In this document: positions 52,659 through 62,268 of the stretch, one piece after another
How positions within the stretch are numbered: the stretch's first letter is position 1
Layout: the number at the start of each line of letters is the position of its first letter
Assembly: GCA_003696625.1 (NCBI GenBank)
Contig: RFGR01000151.1
Location: 929-64,928 of the forward strand
DNA from: Planctomycetota bacterium
GTDB taxonomy: Bacteria; Planctomycetota; UBA1135
Length of the DNA stretch: 64,000 nucleotides
Direction of reading: 5' to 3'
The notes under the pieces: generated by a model
Seen by the model: only the letters and a program-made list of their open reading frames with translations
What the model was told of the DNA's origin: nothing
Database searches by the model: none
Made by a program: the position numbers and the translations under genes

Positions 52659-55415
52659 CTAGTCCGCCGGCCAGTAGCGCCGCCAGTTCCGCTCCGCCGG
52701 CCGCCCCGGGGCGGCCAGGCCGGCGGCCGCCGCCGGGGTCAGCCGCACCTCGCGCAGAGCGGCCCGGGCCAGCGCCTCGCCGGCCGCCTCGACCACCGCC
52801 TCGGCGTCGATTTCCTGGAAGCGGTAGACGTCGGCCGGACGGCCCGACTTGCTGAAGCGGCGGACGGCGCAGACCACCTGCGGCACGCCGAGGATCGAGC
52901 CGGCGTTGTCGAGCAGGCCTTCTTCACCGTCGGCGACCGAGACCAAGGGGACGAACCGGGCGGCCAGCAGCCGGGCGTCAGCCTGGGCCAGGGGTTCGGG
53001 GCCGGCGGCGGCCAGGTGGAGGTCGCCGCTCAGGCCGAGCCGGCGGAGCTGGGCCCAGTCGTCGCGGCGGGCGAAGCGGCCGAGCAACAGGTCGGGCGAG
53101 GTCACGACGACGACGTCGGCGTGGATTCCCTCCGCGAGCAGCCGGTCGCTGGCGGCCAGGGCCTGGTCGACCACCGCCCCCATGGCCAGGATCACGACCA
53201 CGTTCTCGCCCGGCTGGTGGTCCGGCTCGCCGGAGCGGTCGACCAGCTTGTAGCCGCCGGCGAGGACGTCCCGCCGGATCGCGGCCAGGATCTCCTCCTC
53301 CCCGCAGCCGGCGAAGCGGGGCTGGGCCCGCAGCCGGCGCAGGAACTCCTTCTGCGGCAGGCCCCGCGTGACCCCGCGCACGAGCACGCCCTCCCGGTCC
53401 TCGTTGTCGCCGGCCACGTGACGGCGGACGGCGTCGGCCAGGATCCACTCCATCTCGCGCGCGAAGGCCGGCTCCCAGGTGATCAGAGACGGCATCTGCA
53501 GGTCGTTCTTCCACGAGTGCTGGGCGCCCTCGGGCGAGAGCGTGACTCCGGATGGAGTGCCGACCAGGATGAAGCTCGAGCGCCAGTAGACGTCGTAGTA
53601 GAGCTGGTCGAGGGCCCGCTTGATGAAGAAGTCGTAGACGGTCATCATCGGCAGGAAGGGCACCCCGGCGAAGCGGCCCATCTTGCCGAAGGAACCCGCC
53701 GCCGACATGCAGTTGGCCTCGGCGATCTCGAAGCGGATGTGGCGGGTCCATGGATCGGAGCGGGCCCACAGCTCCGGCCGGCCGCGCTCGGCCAGCTCGA
53801 GTTCGGCCTCGAGGTTCTCGGTGTGCTCCGGCCCGTAGATCTTGGCGTCCATCGCCGGGTTGATGTTCGTGCTCGTGCCGACGTCGGGCGACAGGGTCAG
53901 GGTCAGATCGGCCACCGCCGCCCAGCGAGCCTCGTCCTGGTTCAGCTCGCGGCCGGGGTCGAGACCGGCCGCGGCCAGCTCGTCGTGGGTGCCGATCCGA
54001 ACCAGCCGGCCGGCGACCTGCCCCCACACCCATTGGGTGTGGGCCATCGGCACCAGGCCGAGATCGATGCCGAAGTCCTCGGGGAGGGGCAGGGTCGGGG
54101 CGAGGCGCTCCTCGATCCGGGCCCGGTTGGCGGCAATCCGTTCCTCGGCGGCCTCGACCCCGGCTCGGAGTTCGGCGCCTCGACGGTCGAGCAGGGCCAG
54201 CTCGGGGCCGTCCTCGGCCCAGACGCCGACCCGGCCGTAGGGCTCGGCGCGGTCCAGCCCTTCGGCGGCCAGGAGGGCGTCGATCTCCGCCTGCTCCGGC
54301 AGCGAGCTGTGGTTGCCGGGCCGGGCGGCGCACTCCAGACCCCAGCCCTTGATCGTGTGGGCGATGATCAGGGTCGGGACGCCCTCGTCGCGCCGGGCCG
54401 CGGCGTAGGCGGCCAAAACCTCGGTCATATCGTGGCCGCCGAGGTCGGCGAAGAGTTCCAACAGCCCGGGGTCGTCGATCCCTTCGAGGAGCGGCGCCAG
54501 GCCGGGCTCGCGTTCGCGCAGGGCGCTCCGGATCCGGGCGGCGTCCCGCTTCCACAACAGGGCCTGGTATTCGTAGTCGCCGAAGCCGGCCTCGAGCACG
54601 CGGCGGAGCGCCGCCCCCCCTTCGCGCCGGAAGACCTCCTGGCGGCGCCGACCGTGCCGGAGCTGGATCACCCGCCAGCCGTTGGCGGCGAAGCTGCGTT
54701 CGATCCGGTCGGCGTCGGTGCCGCGCAGGCCGCGCCGGTTCGGGATCCGGGTTCCGTCCAGGTTCTGTCGGTTGTAGTCGACGATCCAGGTGACGTTGCC
54801 GAGCTCGCGCTCGGCGATGTCCGGCGCCGCCTCCATCAGGGAGCCTTCGCGCAGTTCCGAGTCGCCGACGATCGACCAGAAGTGGTGGGGCGTCTGGGAA
54901 CAGAGGCCGTGGTCGGCCGCGTAACGGTAGGCCAGAGCCAGGTAGGCCGAACAGACCGGCGGGATGCCGACGGTACCCGACGGCAGGATCCGCCAGGAGT
55001 CGGGATCCCCCTCGGCGTGGTAGCTCTGGAAGACCGGCTCGCCCTGCCGCGAGAAGGAACGCAGGCGGTGCATGACCGCCTCCGCCTCGGCCTCGTCGAA
55101 CCAGCGCCCGTCCGGGTGGCGGAAGAAGCCGAGCCCGTAGTGCAGGGCGTGGTCCATCGGCGCCAGGTGGGGCTTGGCGCAGTAGAAATCGGCCGCGTCG
55201 CGGGCGACCAGATGGAGCCCGGCCGCCAAGTGGAGCGAGGACGCACAGGAGGCCGGGTGGCCGCCGACCTTGGGGTCTCCGGGGTGCTTGTCGTCCCGGT
55301 GGTTGGCCTCCCAGATCATGTGGGTGCACCAGGCCAGGGCTCGCCGGCAGATCCGCTCCAGGACGGCGGGGTCCACGGCGGTGGGGGAAGGGGTCTCGGT
55401 GGTGGCGGGGTTCAC
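52659..55415 (-). CDS. Pyruvate dehydrogenase E1 component, homodimeric (AceE) type family protein
   Basis: 918 aa with a GTG start. HMIWEANHRDDKHPGDPKVGGHPASCASS parallels the AceE GGHxxSxxSS block. The TPP motif is GDSELREGSL...VDYNRQNLDG. Length and colinearity fit AceE-type E1. No E2 or E3 gene is adjacent. Confidence 0.75.
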   Translation of the reverse strand: MNPATTETPSPTAVDPAVLERICRRALAWCTHMIWEANHRDDKHPGDPKVGGHPASCASSLHLAAGLHLVARDAADFYCAKPHLAPMDHALHYGLGFFRHPDGRWFDEAEAEAVMHRLRSFSRQGEPVFQSYHAEGDPDSWRILPSGTVGIPPVCSAYLALAYRYAADHGLCSQTPHHFWSIVGDSELREGSLMEAAPDIAERELGNVTWIVDYNRQNLDGTRIPNRRGLRGTDADRIERSFAANGWRVIQLRHGRRRQEVFRREGGAALRRVLEAGFGDYEYQALLWKRDAARIRSALREREPGLAPLLEGIDDPGLLELFADLGGHDMTEVLAAYAAARRDEGVPTLIIAHTIKGWGLECAARPGNHSSLPEQAEIDALLAAEGLDRAEPYGRVGVWAEDGPELALLDRRGAELRAGVEAAEERIAANRARIEERLAPTLPLPEDFGIDLGLVPMAHTQWVWGQVAGRLVRIGTHDELAAAGLDPGRELNQDEARWAAVADLTLTLSPDVGTSTNINPAMDAKIYGPEHTENLEAELELAERGRPELWARSDPWTRHIRFEIAEANCMSAAGSFGKMGRFAGVPFLPMMTVYDFFIKRALDQLYYDVYWRSSFILVGTPSGVTLSPEGAQHSWKNDLQMPSLITWEPAFAREMEWILADAVRRHVAGDNEDREGVLVRGVTRGLPQKEFLRRLRAQPRFAGCGEEEILAAIRRDVLAGGYKLVDRSGEPDHQPGENVVVILAMGAVVDQALAASDRLLAEGIHADVVVVTSPDLLLGRFARRDDWAQLRRLGLSGDLHLAAAGPEPLAQADARLLAARFVPLVSVADGEEGLLDNAGSILGVPQVVCAVRRFSKSGRPADVYRFQEIDAEAVVEAAGEALARAALREVRLTPAAAAGLAAPGRPAERNWRRYWPAD

Positions 55416-55736
55416 GGGGACCTCGATCAGAAGGGGACTCTTAGGACAGAGCCGAGGCGGATTCAGGGAATCCGATCCGCACCCTCGCCCCCCCGGCCTT
55501 GCCCCCGATCCGCTGGGCGCAGCCGGTCGCCCCAGGAAACCCGGCAGCCAAGGCCCGTGGATCCTTCCTCCCGGCGATCGAGGCCCACCGAACCGGACCT
55601 GCTGCCCCGACTCCGCCGGAACGGGGGAGCGGACGGGCCGGCCGCGCCCCCCGGACGCGGAACTCGACCGAAGGCCGGCCGGAGCGTCCGGCGGGTGCGC
55701 CCGGTCGGCGCCGCCCCGCCCCGCTCCGACCGATTC

Positions 55737-57875
55737 CTACAGCGCGTCGATCTCCGCCTGCCGGAATCCGGCCAGTTCCTCCTGGAGGGCCTCCAGATCG
55801 ATGCGGCCGAACAGAGCCTGCCAGGCTTCGGCCCGGGTGCGGCCGTCGAACAGGGCCTCGGCGTAGGCCTGGAGCAGGGCCTGCTGCTCCTTGGGGGCGT
55901 GGGCCCAGAGGTAGCGGAGCAGCAGATAGGACTCGCACTCCGCCCAGTAGGCGTGCTTGTCCCATTCGGCCTCGGGCAGGGTGACGAGCTGACGCGGAGT
56001 GAAGAAGAAGCCGGCCTCGTTCTCGGCGCTGCGAGCGATCAGCGGCACGTTGGCCCGCAGTTCGAGGCCGGCGCCCATCGAGGTACAGCCGCCCAGAACT
56101 CCGGCGAAGCCATGCAGGAACCAGCGGGGGATCCGTTCGACGTCGAGGGTCGAGTCGAGGTGCTGGAACCAGAGGGCCGAGAACAAGGGCCCCGGGGCCG
56201 AGGGATCGGTCTTCTCGGGGTCCAGCACGACCAGGCTGAGCCTCAACCCGGGCAGATAGCCGGAGGCGTCCTGGTCGATCCCGGCCCGGGAGCAGAAGCG
56301 GACCCGGCTCTCTTCGGAGTTGAACTGGAGGACGACCAGAGGCTCCCGCGGCTGGCGGATGCGGGACCAGTAGCGGTTGATGAAGCGGATCGCCGACACC
56401 GCCGCCCGGCCGGCCTCGTTCGTGAAGTCGGGGTCGGCCTCGGCGAACAGGTGGAGGACGGTGCCGGAGAAGCGGGTGACTCCCTCTTCCTCGGCTCGGG
56501 CCAGGGCCGCCCGCAGGGTCCGGCGGGTGTCGGCGATCCGCGGCGACAGGCCGCCGGCGGCCACCGCCTCGTCCAGGACCTCGAGCATCCGGCGGGGGCC
56601 GTGCACCCGCCCCTCGAGGCGGGCCAGGGCGTAGCCGGCGTCGTCCGGCCAGGCCGGCAGCAGGCGGCGGAGGGCGTCGATCGCCGGCTGCCGTTTGCCG
56701 AGGAAGAAGAGAGCGGTCTGCTCAATCTCGTGCAGCGGCCCGAAGTCCTCGAGCCCGCCTTCGCGGGCCTCGCGGGCCAGCCGGGCGCAGAGGGCCCACT
56801 CGCCGTGCGCCCGTGCGCGCAGCGCGCCGGCGTAGGCGAGGGCGGCCGGGGCGAGGCCGCCGTGGTCCTCCGCCCATTCCTCCGGGGCCTGGGCCAGGTC
56901 GGGATCGAGCAGCTCGGCCCAGGCCGCGGCCGCCGCCGCGGGGACGCCGGCCGGCGGCCGGAAGGGCGGCCGGGCGGCGGAGGCGGTCTGCAGCTCGCCG
57001 TACCAGGCCGGCATGTCCTCTTCGAAGCGGTACTCCTCGTTCAGGAAGCGCTGCCGGCGACGCTCGAGCAGCGCGTCCCGCAGCGCGCCCCAGGCCGCCG
57101 GGTCGAGCTGACCGCTCAGCTCGAGCCGCCGCAGCCCGGGGCCCTCGAAGCCGGCGTAGCCATCGGTCCGGTCCGGGTAGGCGGTCTTCCAGCTGCCGAG
57201 CTTCCGGCTGCCCTTCTTGAAGCTGAAGCTGCCGCGGCGGAGCTCCACCGTCCAGGCCCAGTCGCCGGACGGCTCGACCAGGTCCTCGGTGGCGGTGGCC
57301 AGGATCTCGAACGGAGAGCCGATCCGCTCCAGCCGTCGCGGCAGGGTGAGGACCGGCTTGATCTTCTCGCGCTTGAACCCGGGGCAGAACGACCAGCCGC
57401 TCTCGCCGCCCCGGTCGAAGCCGCAGAGCAGGGCGATCCGTTGCGGCGGATCGGTCCAGGTTCCCTCCGCGGTCAGCTTCAGGTCGCCGGTCAGGGGCAC
57501 CCGGAACAGCCAGCGGTCGCCGAGGTGGAGGAAATCCTGGTTGGGTTCGGCCGGGCTGAGGCTCTCCCAGTCCCAGGCCAGGCGCACCTTGAGCCCCTTC
57601 TCCTTGAAGCTCCGGACCTCGGCCGCCAGCAGTTCTTCCGGCCCGGGGGAGGGGATGGATGCCTGGAAGGCCCAGGCGCCCAGGCGGCCTCGGATCTCGT
57701 CGAGCCGGCCCAGGATCTCGCCGCGGTCCTCGGCCCGGGCCAGGGCGGCCGTGAGCCGCCGCCGGGCGGCGGCGGGATCCCCCGCTTCTGCCAGCGCGTC
57801 GGCGGCCGCCAGGGCCTCGTCCAGACCCTGAATCGAGGCGAGGGGGAGGGCGAGGAGAAGGCCGGCGAGGACCAT
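55737..57875 (-). CDS. Secreted hypothetical protein; C-terminal half resembles a DUF1570-like fold lacking HExxH
   Basis: 712 aa with signal MVLAGLLLALPLASIQG. The middle region is beta-rich (LKVRLAWDWESL...WAWTVELRRGSFSFKKGSRKLG). The C-terminus has FSALWFQHLDS and IPRWFLHGFAGVLGG, where the 21934-23571 protein has SHEAFHQYCH and HRWFDEGHGDYYG. Confidence 0.6.
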   Translation of the reverse strand: MVLAGLLLALPLASIQGLDEALAAADALAEAGDPAAARRRLTAALARAEDRGEILGRLDEIRGRLGAWAFQASIPSPGPEELLAAEVRSFKEKGLKVRLAWDWESLSPAEPNQDFLHLGDRWLFRVPLTGDLKLTAEGTWTDPPQRIALLCGFDRGGESGWSFCPGFKREKIKPVLTLPRRLERIGSPFEILATATEDLVEPSGDWAWTVELRRGSFSFKKGSRKLGSWKTAYPDRTDGYAGFEGPGLRRLELSGQLDPAAWGALRDALLERRRQRFLNEEYRFEEDMPAWYGELQTASAARPPFRPPAGVPAAAAAAWAELLDPDLAQAPEEWAEDHGGLAPAALAYAGALRARAHGEWALCARLAREAREGGLEDFGPLHEIEQTALFFLGKRQPAIDALRRLLPAWPDDAGYALARLEGRVHGPRRMLEVLDEAVAAGGLSPRIADTRRTLRAALARAEEEGVTRFSGTVLHLFAEADPDFTNEAGRAAVSAIRFINRYWSRIRQPREPLVVLQFNSEESRVRFCSRAGIDQDASGYLPGLRLSLVVLDPEKTDPSAPGPLFSALWFQHLDSTLDVERIPRWFLHGFAGVLGGCTSMGAGLELRANVPLIARSAENEAGFFFTPRQLVTLPEAEWDKHAYWAECESYLLLRYLWAHAPKEQQALLQAYAEALFDGRTRAEAWQALFGRIDLEALQEELAGFRQAEIDAL

Positions 57876-57943
57876 AGGATGGACAGCCTAGCAGTCGCGT
57901 CCCCCCCTGCTCCCTGGGCTGTCGGCGCGGCCCCGGAATGCGA

Positions 57944-57949
57944 TAGACT
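57944..57949 (+). promoter_or_regulatory. Candidate -10 element TAGACT, 5 nt upstream of the guaB ATG
   Basis: The sequence gcgaTAGACTgtcccATG has no SD-like sequence. Confidence 0.35.
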
Positions 57950-57954
57950 GTCCC

Positions 57955-59403
57955 ATGGACCTGCCGCTGGCGCTGACCTTCGACGACGTCCTTCTGGTCC
58001 CGCAGGAATCCGACGTCCTGCCCACCGACGTCCGCACCCAGACACGGTTCTCGCGTCAGGTGGGCTTGAACATCCCGGTCGCCTCCGCGGCGATGGACAC
58101 GGTGACCGAGTCCGGGCTGGCCATCGCCCTGGCGCAGCAGGGCGGCATCGGGGTCATCCATCGCAACCTGACGATCGCCGAGCAGGTCCGCGAGGTGGAC
58201 ATCGTCAAGCGCTCGGCGCACGGCGTGATCCACGATCCGCTGACCCTGGCCCCGGACGAGCGCCTGGCCGACGCCCGTCGGCTCATGGCCGAGCACAACA
58301 TCTCCGGCTTCCCCGTGGTCGACGGCGATCGCTTGGTCGGCATCCTCACCCGCCGCGACCTCAAGTTCCAGGGCGGCGACGACACCAAGGTCTCCGACGT
58401 GATGACGGCCGAGAACCTGGTTACGGCGCCGCCCGGCACCTCGCTCGAGCAGGCCCGTTCGATCCTCCACCAGGCCAAGGTCGAGAAGCTGCTGCTGGTG
58501 GACGACCAGGGCAACCTCGAGGGTCTGATCACGATGCGCGACATCCGCCTGACCGAGACCTTCCCGGACGCGGCCAAGGACAAGGACGGTTGCCTGGTGG
58601 TCGGGGCGGCGATCGGGGTCAAGGACTTCGAGCGGGCCGAGGCCCTGGTCGAGGCCGGGGTCGACGTCCTCGTCGTCGACACCGCCCACGGCCACAGCAG
58701 CAACGTCATCGAGACGATCCGGGAACTGAAGCACCGGGACCTGGTCGATGTCGTCGCCGGCAACGTCGCCACCGCCGAGGGCGCCGAGGCGCTGGTCGAG
58801 GCCGGCGCCGACGGGGTCAAGGTCGGGATCGGCCCGGGGTCGATCTGCACCACCCGGGTCGTGGCCGGGGTCGGGGTGCCGCAGTTCACCGCCGTCTACC
58901 GCGTGGCCCAGGTCTGCGCCGCCGAGGACGTCCCGGTGATCGCCGACGGCGGCATCCGCCATTCCGGCGACGCGGTCAAGGCACTCGGCGCCGGCGCCTC
59001 CTGTGTGATGCTCGGCAGCCTGCTGGCCGGGGTCGACGAGAGCCCGGGCGAATCCTTCCTCTACCAGGGGCGGACCTATAAGGCGGTCCGCGGCATGGGG
59101 TCGCTGGCGGCGATGATCGAGGGCGGCAAGGCCCGCTACGGCCAGGCCGGCGTCCAGGACTCGCAGAAGCTGGTGCCGGAGGGAATCGAGGGCATGGTGC
59201 CCAGCCGGGGACCGCTGGCGCCGTTCGTCTACCAGTTCGTCGGCGGTATCCGGGCCGGCATGGGCTACGTCGGCGCCGAGGACTTGGACATCTTCCGGGC
59301 CAAGGCCCGGTTCGTGCGGATCACCGGCGCCGGCGTCAAGGAGAACCATCCGCACGACGTGCGGATCACCAAGGAGGCGCCGAACTACCAGGTCGGCCTC
59401 TGA
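57955..59403 (+). CDS. guaB: IMP dehydrogenase
   Basis: [24 protein letters not shown] and a CBS pair are present. [20 protein letters not shown] carries the catalytic Cys loop. [10 protein letters not shown] and EGIEG are also present. Confidence 0.97.
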   Translation: MDLPLALTFDDVLLVPQESDVLPTDVRTQTRFSRQVGLNIPVASAAMDTVTESGLAIALAQQGGIGVIHRNLTIAEQVREVDIVKRSAHGVIHDPLTLAPDERLADARRLMAEHNISGFPVVDGDRLVGILTRRDLKFQGGDDTKVSDVMTAENLVTAPPGTSLEQARSILHQAKVEKLLLVDDQGNLEGLITMRDIRLTETFPDAAKDKDGCLVVGAAIGVKDFERAEALVEAGVDVLVVDTAHGHSSNVIETIRELKHRDLVDVVAGNVATAEGAEALVEAGADGVKVGIGPGSICTTRVVAGVGVPQFTAVYRVAQVCAAEDVPVIADGGIRHSGDAVKALGAGASCVMLGSLLAGVDESPGESFLYQGRTYKAVRGMGSLAAMIEGGKARYGQAGVQDSQKLVPEGIEGMVPSRGPLAPFVYQFVGGIRAGMGYVGAEDLDIFRAKARFVRITGAGVKENHPHDVRITKEAPNYQVGL

Positions 59404-59429
59404 GGCCGAAGCGGAGGCCGCGGCGCGCG

Positions 59430-60971
59430 ATGCACGAACGGATCCTGATCGTCGACTTCGGCTCCCAGTACACCCAGCTCATCGCCCGCCGGGTCCGGGA
59501 GCACCGGGTCTTTTCGGAGGTGACGCCGCCGGCTCAGGCCCTGGCCCGGTCGGCCGGCGGGGATCTGCGCGGGATCATCCTCAGCGGCGGTCCGGCCAGC
59601 GCCTACGCCGCTGACGCGCCTCGGCTGCCGCCGGAGATCCTCGACCGCGGCGTTCCGGTGCTCGGGATCTGCTACGGCATGCAGTGGCTGTGCGAGGCCC
59701 TGGGCGGCGCGGTGGCTCCGGGCGAGCGTCGGGAATTCGGCGCCACCGACCTGGAGGTGGTCGAGGCCGGCGGCCTGTTCGCCGGGGTGCCGCCCCGGAC
59801 GCGGGTCTGGATGAGCCACGGCGACCGGGTCGAGCGGCTGCCGACCGGCTTCCGCCGGCTGGCCAGGAGCGCCTCCTGCCCGGAGGCCGCGATCGGCGAT
59901 CCGGAGCGGCGGCTCTACGGCCTCCAGTTCCATCCCGAGGTCGCCCACACCCCCGAGGGCGCCACCGTGCTCGGCAACTTTCTGCACGGGATCTGCGGCT
60001 GCAACCACGACTGGACCCCGGGCGACCTGGCCGACGAGCTGGTCCGGCAGGTGGCCGAGCAGGTCGGCCAGGACGGAGAGGTGGTCCTCGGCCTCTCCGG
60101 CGGCGTGGACAGCTCCGTGGTCGGAGCGGTCTGCGAACGGGCGATCGGCCGCCGCTGCCACGCGATCTTCGTCGACAACGGCCTGCTCCGGGCCGGTGAG
60201 CGGGAACTCGTCGAGAGCACCTTCCGCGACCACTTCCGGCTCGACCTGACCGTGGTCGACGCGGCCGACCGTTTCCTGGCTCGGCTGGCGGGGGTGACCG
60301 ATCCGGAGCGGAAGCGGAAGATCATCGGCCACGAGTTCGTCGAGGTCTTCCGCCGGCAGGCCGCCCGCTTCGCCGGCGCCCGCTTCCTGGCCCAGGGCAC
60401 CCTCTATCCCGACGTGATCGAGTCGGTCGCGGCCCACGGCGGACCGACCGCGGTGATCAAGTCGCACCACAACGTCGGCGGCCTGCCCGAGGACCTCGAG
60501 ATGGAACTGGTCGAGCCGCTGCGGCTGCTCTTCAAGGACGAGGTCCGGGAACTCGGCCGGCACCTCGGCCTGCCGGAGGCGATGGTCGCCCGGCAGCCCT
60601 TCCCGGGACCGGGCCTGGCGGTCCGCTGCGTCGGCGAGTGCACTCCGGAGCGGCTCGAGATCCTGCGCCGGGCCGACCGGATCGTCCGGGAGGAATTCGA
60701 GGCCCGCGGGGAGCAGGAAGGGGTCTGGCAGTACTTCGCGGTCCTCACCGGCGCCCGGTCGGTGGGGGTGATGGGAGATGGTCGAACCTACGAGGAGGCC
60801 TGCGCGATCCGGGCGGTCCAATCCCAGGACGGGATGACCGCGGACTGGGTCTATCCCAGCCGGGAGTGCCTGCAGGCGATCGCCAGCCGGGTGATCAACG
60901 AGATCCAGGGGATCAACCGCGTGGTCCTGGACATCACCTCGAAGCCGCCGGGCACGATCGAGTGGGAGTAG
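59430..60971 (+). CDS. guaA: GMP synthase (glutamine-hydrolysing)
   Basis: ILIVDFGSQYTQLIARRVRE and GICYGMQ mark the GATase Cys. LGLSGGVDSSV is the PP-loop. HHNVGGLP and ITSKPPGTIEWE form the C-terminus. Confidence 0.97.
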   Translation: MHERILIVDFGSQYTQLIARRVREHRVFSEVTPPAQALARSAGGDLRGIILSGGPASAYAADAPRLPPEILDRGVPVLGICYGMQWLCEALGGAVAPGERREFGATDLEVVEAGGLFAGVPPRTRVWMSHGDRVERLPTGFRRLARSASCPEAAIGDPERRLYGLQFHPEVAHTPEGATVLGNFLHGICGCNHDWTPGDLADELVRQVAEQVGQDGEVVLGLSGGVDSSVVGAVCERAIGRRCHAIFVDNGLLRAGERELVESTFRDHFRLDLTVVDAADRFLARLAGVTDPERKRKIIGHEFVEVFRRQAARFAGARFLAQGTLYPDVIESVAAHGGPTAVIKSHHNVGGLPEDLEMELVEPLRLLFKDEVRELGRHLGLPEAMVARQPFPGPGLAVRCVGECTPERLEILRRADRIVREEFEARGEQEGVWQYFAVLTGARSVGVMGDGRTYEEACAIRAVQSQDGMTADWVYPSRECLQAIASRVINEIQGINRVVLDITSKPPGTIEWE

Positions 60972-60989
60972 GGGAATAATATTTCCCTA
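60969..60989 (+). terminator. AT-rich hairpin overlapping the guaA stop codon
   Basis: TAGGGGAA-taata-TTTCCCTA, an 8-bp stem with one G-U pair. It opens a ~105-nt AT-rich spacer that is unusual for this window. Confidence 0.35.
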
Positions 60990-61076
60990 CCGGGTCGGAT
61001 TCCGGATTCGAAGCGTTTCCCCCTTGGCTTAGGCGAATCGAGGCTTATTCCGATTCAACGTCGTCACGGTTCGGTC

Positions 61077-62201
61077 ATGCGTCCCAGTCCCGCAGTCCTC
61101 CTCGGTCTCCTCCTCCTCGCTCCCGCCGCCTTGGCCCAGGGGCCGGGCGACCTCGAAGGTCTTCGGCAGCGGTTCCTCGAGGGGACCGGCCGCAGCCAGT
61201 TCCATCCGGCCGGTGGTAGTTCCCGCTCGACCTACGACGGCCAGGCGGTCTATCACTCGAACGAGCTGCTGATCTGCTCTGACTGCCACGTGATGCACGC
61301 GAGCATGCAGCACAACTACGCCGGGACCACCGACCCGGTGATGGGGATCAGCTCCTTCCCGTTCGAGCCGACGCCGAACCCCAATCTGCTCAAGTACAAC
61401 AAGCTCGACCTCTGCCTGTCCTGCCACGACAACGTCGCCGGCGTGCCGGACGTCATGGGGGCGGACGTGAACGGCCTCACCCAACGGGCGGGCGGCCACT
61501 TCGAGGCGCCGGAGAGCAACCCGGCCACCGGTCACAACCTGGGTTACAACGTCGGGCCCTCGACGGGCTTCGACATCTGCATGCGGTGCCACTTCGGCGG
61601 CACCTTCGCCACCGCCCAGGTCACCTGCGTCGACTGCCACACTCCGCACGGCTACGGCAACGCCCGCAACCTGCAGTGGGCCTCCGATCCGGGGGCCGAG
61701 CCGATCTTCGGCCTGTTCGTCAATCCGGCCGCTTCCGGGATGGCCCGCTACGAGGCCGCCAACGTCGGCTATGGCACGCTCGACAACAACACTCTGCGGG
61801 AGGTGACGTCGATCTGCATCGACTGCCACCACACCTTCAGCGGTTCCTACTACGTCGACCCGAACGGCAACGGCATCCACGAGCGGCACCCCGCCTACAA
61901 CAGCGAGTACAACTCGACGAACACGATCGCCCAGGGAGCGGCCAAGGGCAGCACCGATCCGGCCCACTGGAACGCCGGCACCGGCGCCGGCTTCGACGTG
62001 CCGCGGGTCCGCTTCATCGTCCAAGGCGCAGACACCTTCGCCGGCACCCAAGTGGTGGACGCGAACACGAACGGGGTCTTCTGCTTGAGCTGCCACTACG
62101 TCCACGGCAGCGACAACGCCTTCGGCCTGGTCTGGTCGAACGCCCAGTACGGCGCCGGCCCCTCGGCCTGCGACCAGTGCCACAACAAGAGCGGACTCTG
62201 A
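61077..62201 (+). CDS. Secreted multihaem c-type cytochrome (seven CxxCH sites)
   Basis: 374 aa with signal MRPSPAVLLGLLLLAPAALAQG. The seven haem sites are CSDCH, CLSCH, CMRCH, CVDCH, CIDCH, CLSCH and CDQCH, several in a CxxCHxxHG context. Two hand-counted lines gave ~58% GC. Confidence 0.85.
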   Translation: MRPSPAVLLGLLLLAPAALAQGPGDLEGLRQRFLEGTGRSQFHPAGGSSRSTYDGQAVYHSNELLICSDCHVMHASMQHNYAGTTDPVMGISSFPFEPTPNPNLLKYNKLDLCLSCHDNVAGVPDVMGADVNGLTQRAGGHFEAPESNPATGHNLGYNVGPSTGFDICMRCHFGGTFATAQVTCVDCHTPHGYGNARNLQWASDPGAEPIFGLFVNPAASGMARYEAANVGYGTLDNNTLREVTSICIDCHHTFSGSYYVDPNGNGIHERHPAYNSEYNSTNTIAQGAAKGSTDPAHWNAGTGAGFDVPRVRFIVQGADTFAGTQVVDANTNGVFCLSCHYVHGSDNAFGLVWSNAQYGAGPSACDQCHNKSGL

Positions 62202-62230
62202 GCCGATCGGATCCCGGTGGGGAATCGGAA

Positions 62231-62262
62231 CCGGCCGGGGCGGGCTTTCCCGCCCCGGCCGG
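62231..62262 (+). terminator. Strong hairpin terminator after the cytochrome gene
   Basis: CCGGCCGGGGCGGG-cttt-CCCGCCCCGGCCGG, a perfect 14-bp stem located 29 nt after the stop. Confidence 0.7.
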
Positions 62263-62268
62263 CCGCCT

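Noticed and set aside
55416-55736. Known structured RNAs (RNase P RNA, tmRNA, SRP/4.5S RNA, TPP riboswitch) in the large gap
   Set aside because: GGGAGGAAGGAUCC superficially recalls the RNase P GAGGAAAGUCC box, and CAGGUCCGG recalls SRP domain IV. However, the other universally conserved blocks are absent: ACAGAACCCGGCUUA, the GGAA tetraloop with AGCAGCC, a tRNA-like T arm, and CUGAGA. The gap is also too short for RNase P.
53016-59081. 2021-aa plus-strand ORF (the longest in the track). Similar giants occur at 46382..50392, 31797..34703, 6925..9327, 7392..10244 and 41932..43539.
   Set aside because: All run antisense or off-frame to genes with clear family motifs (AceE-type E1, guaB, fabH/PFOR, rpsB-frr, sigma fusion, rho). 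All have low-complexity R/G/P/A/D composition, and none has a recognisable domain.
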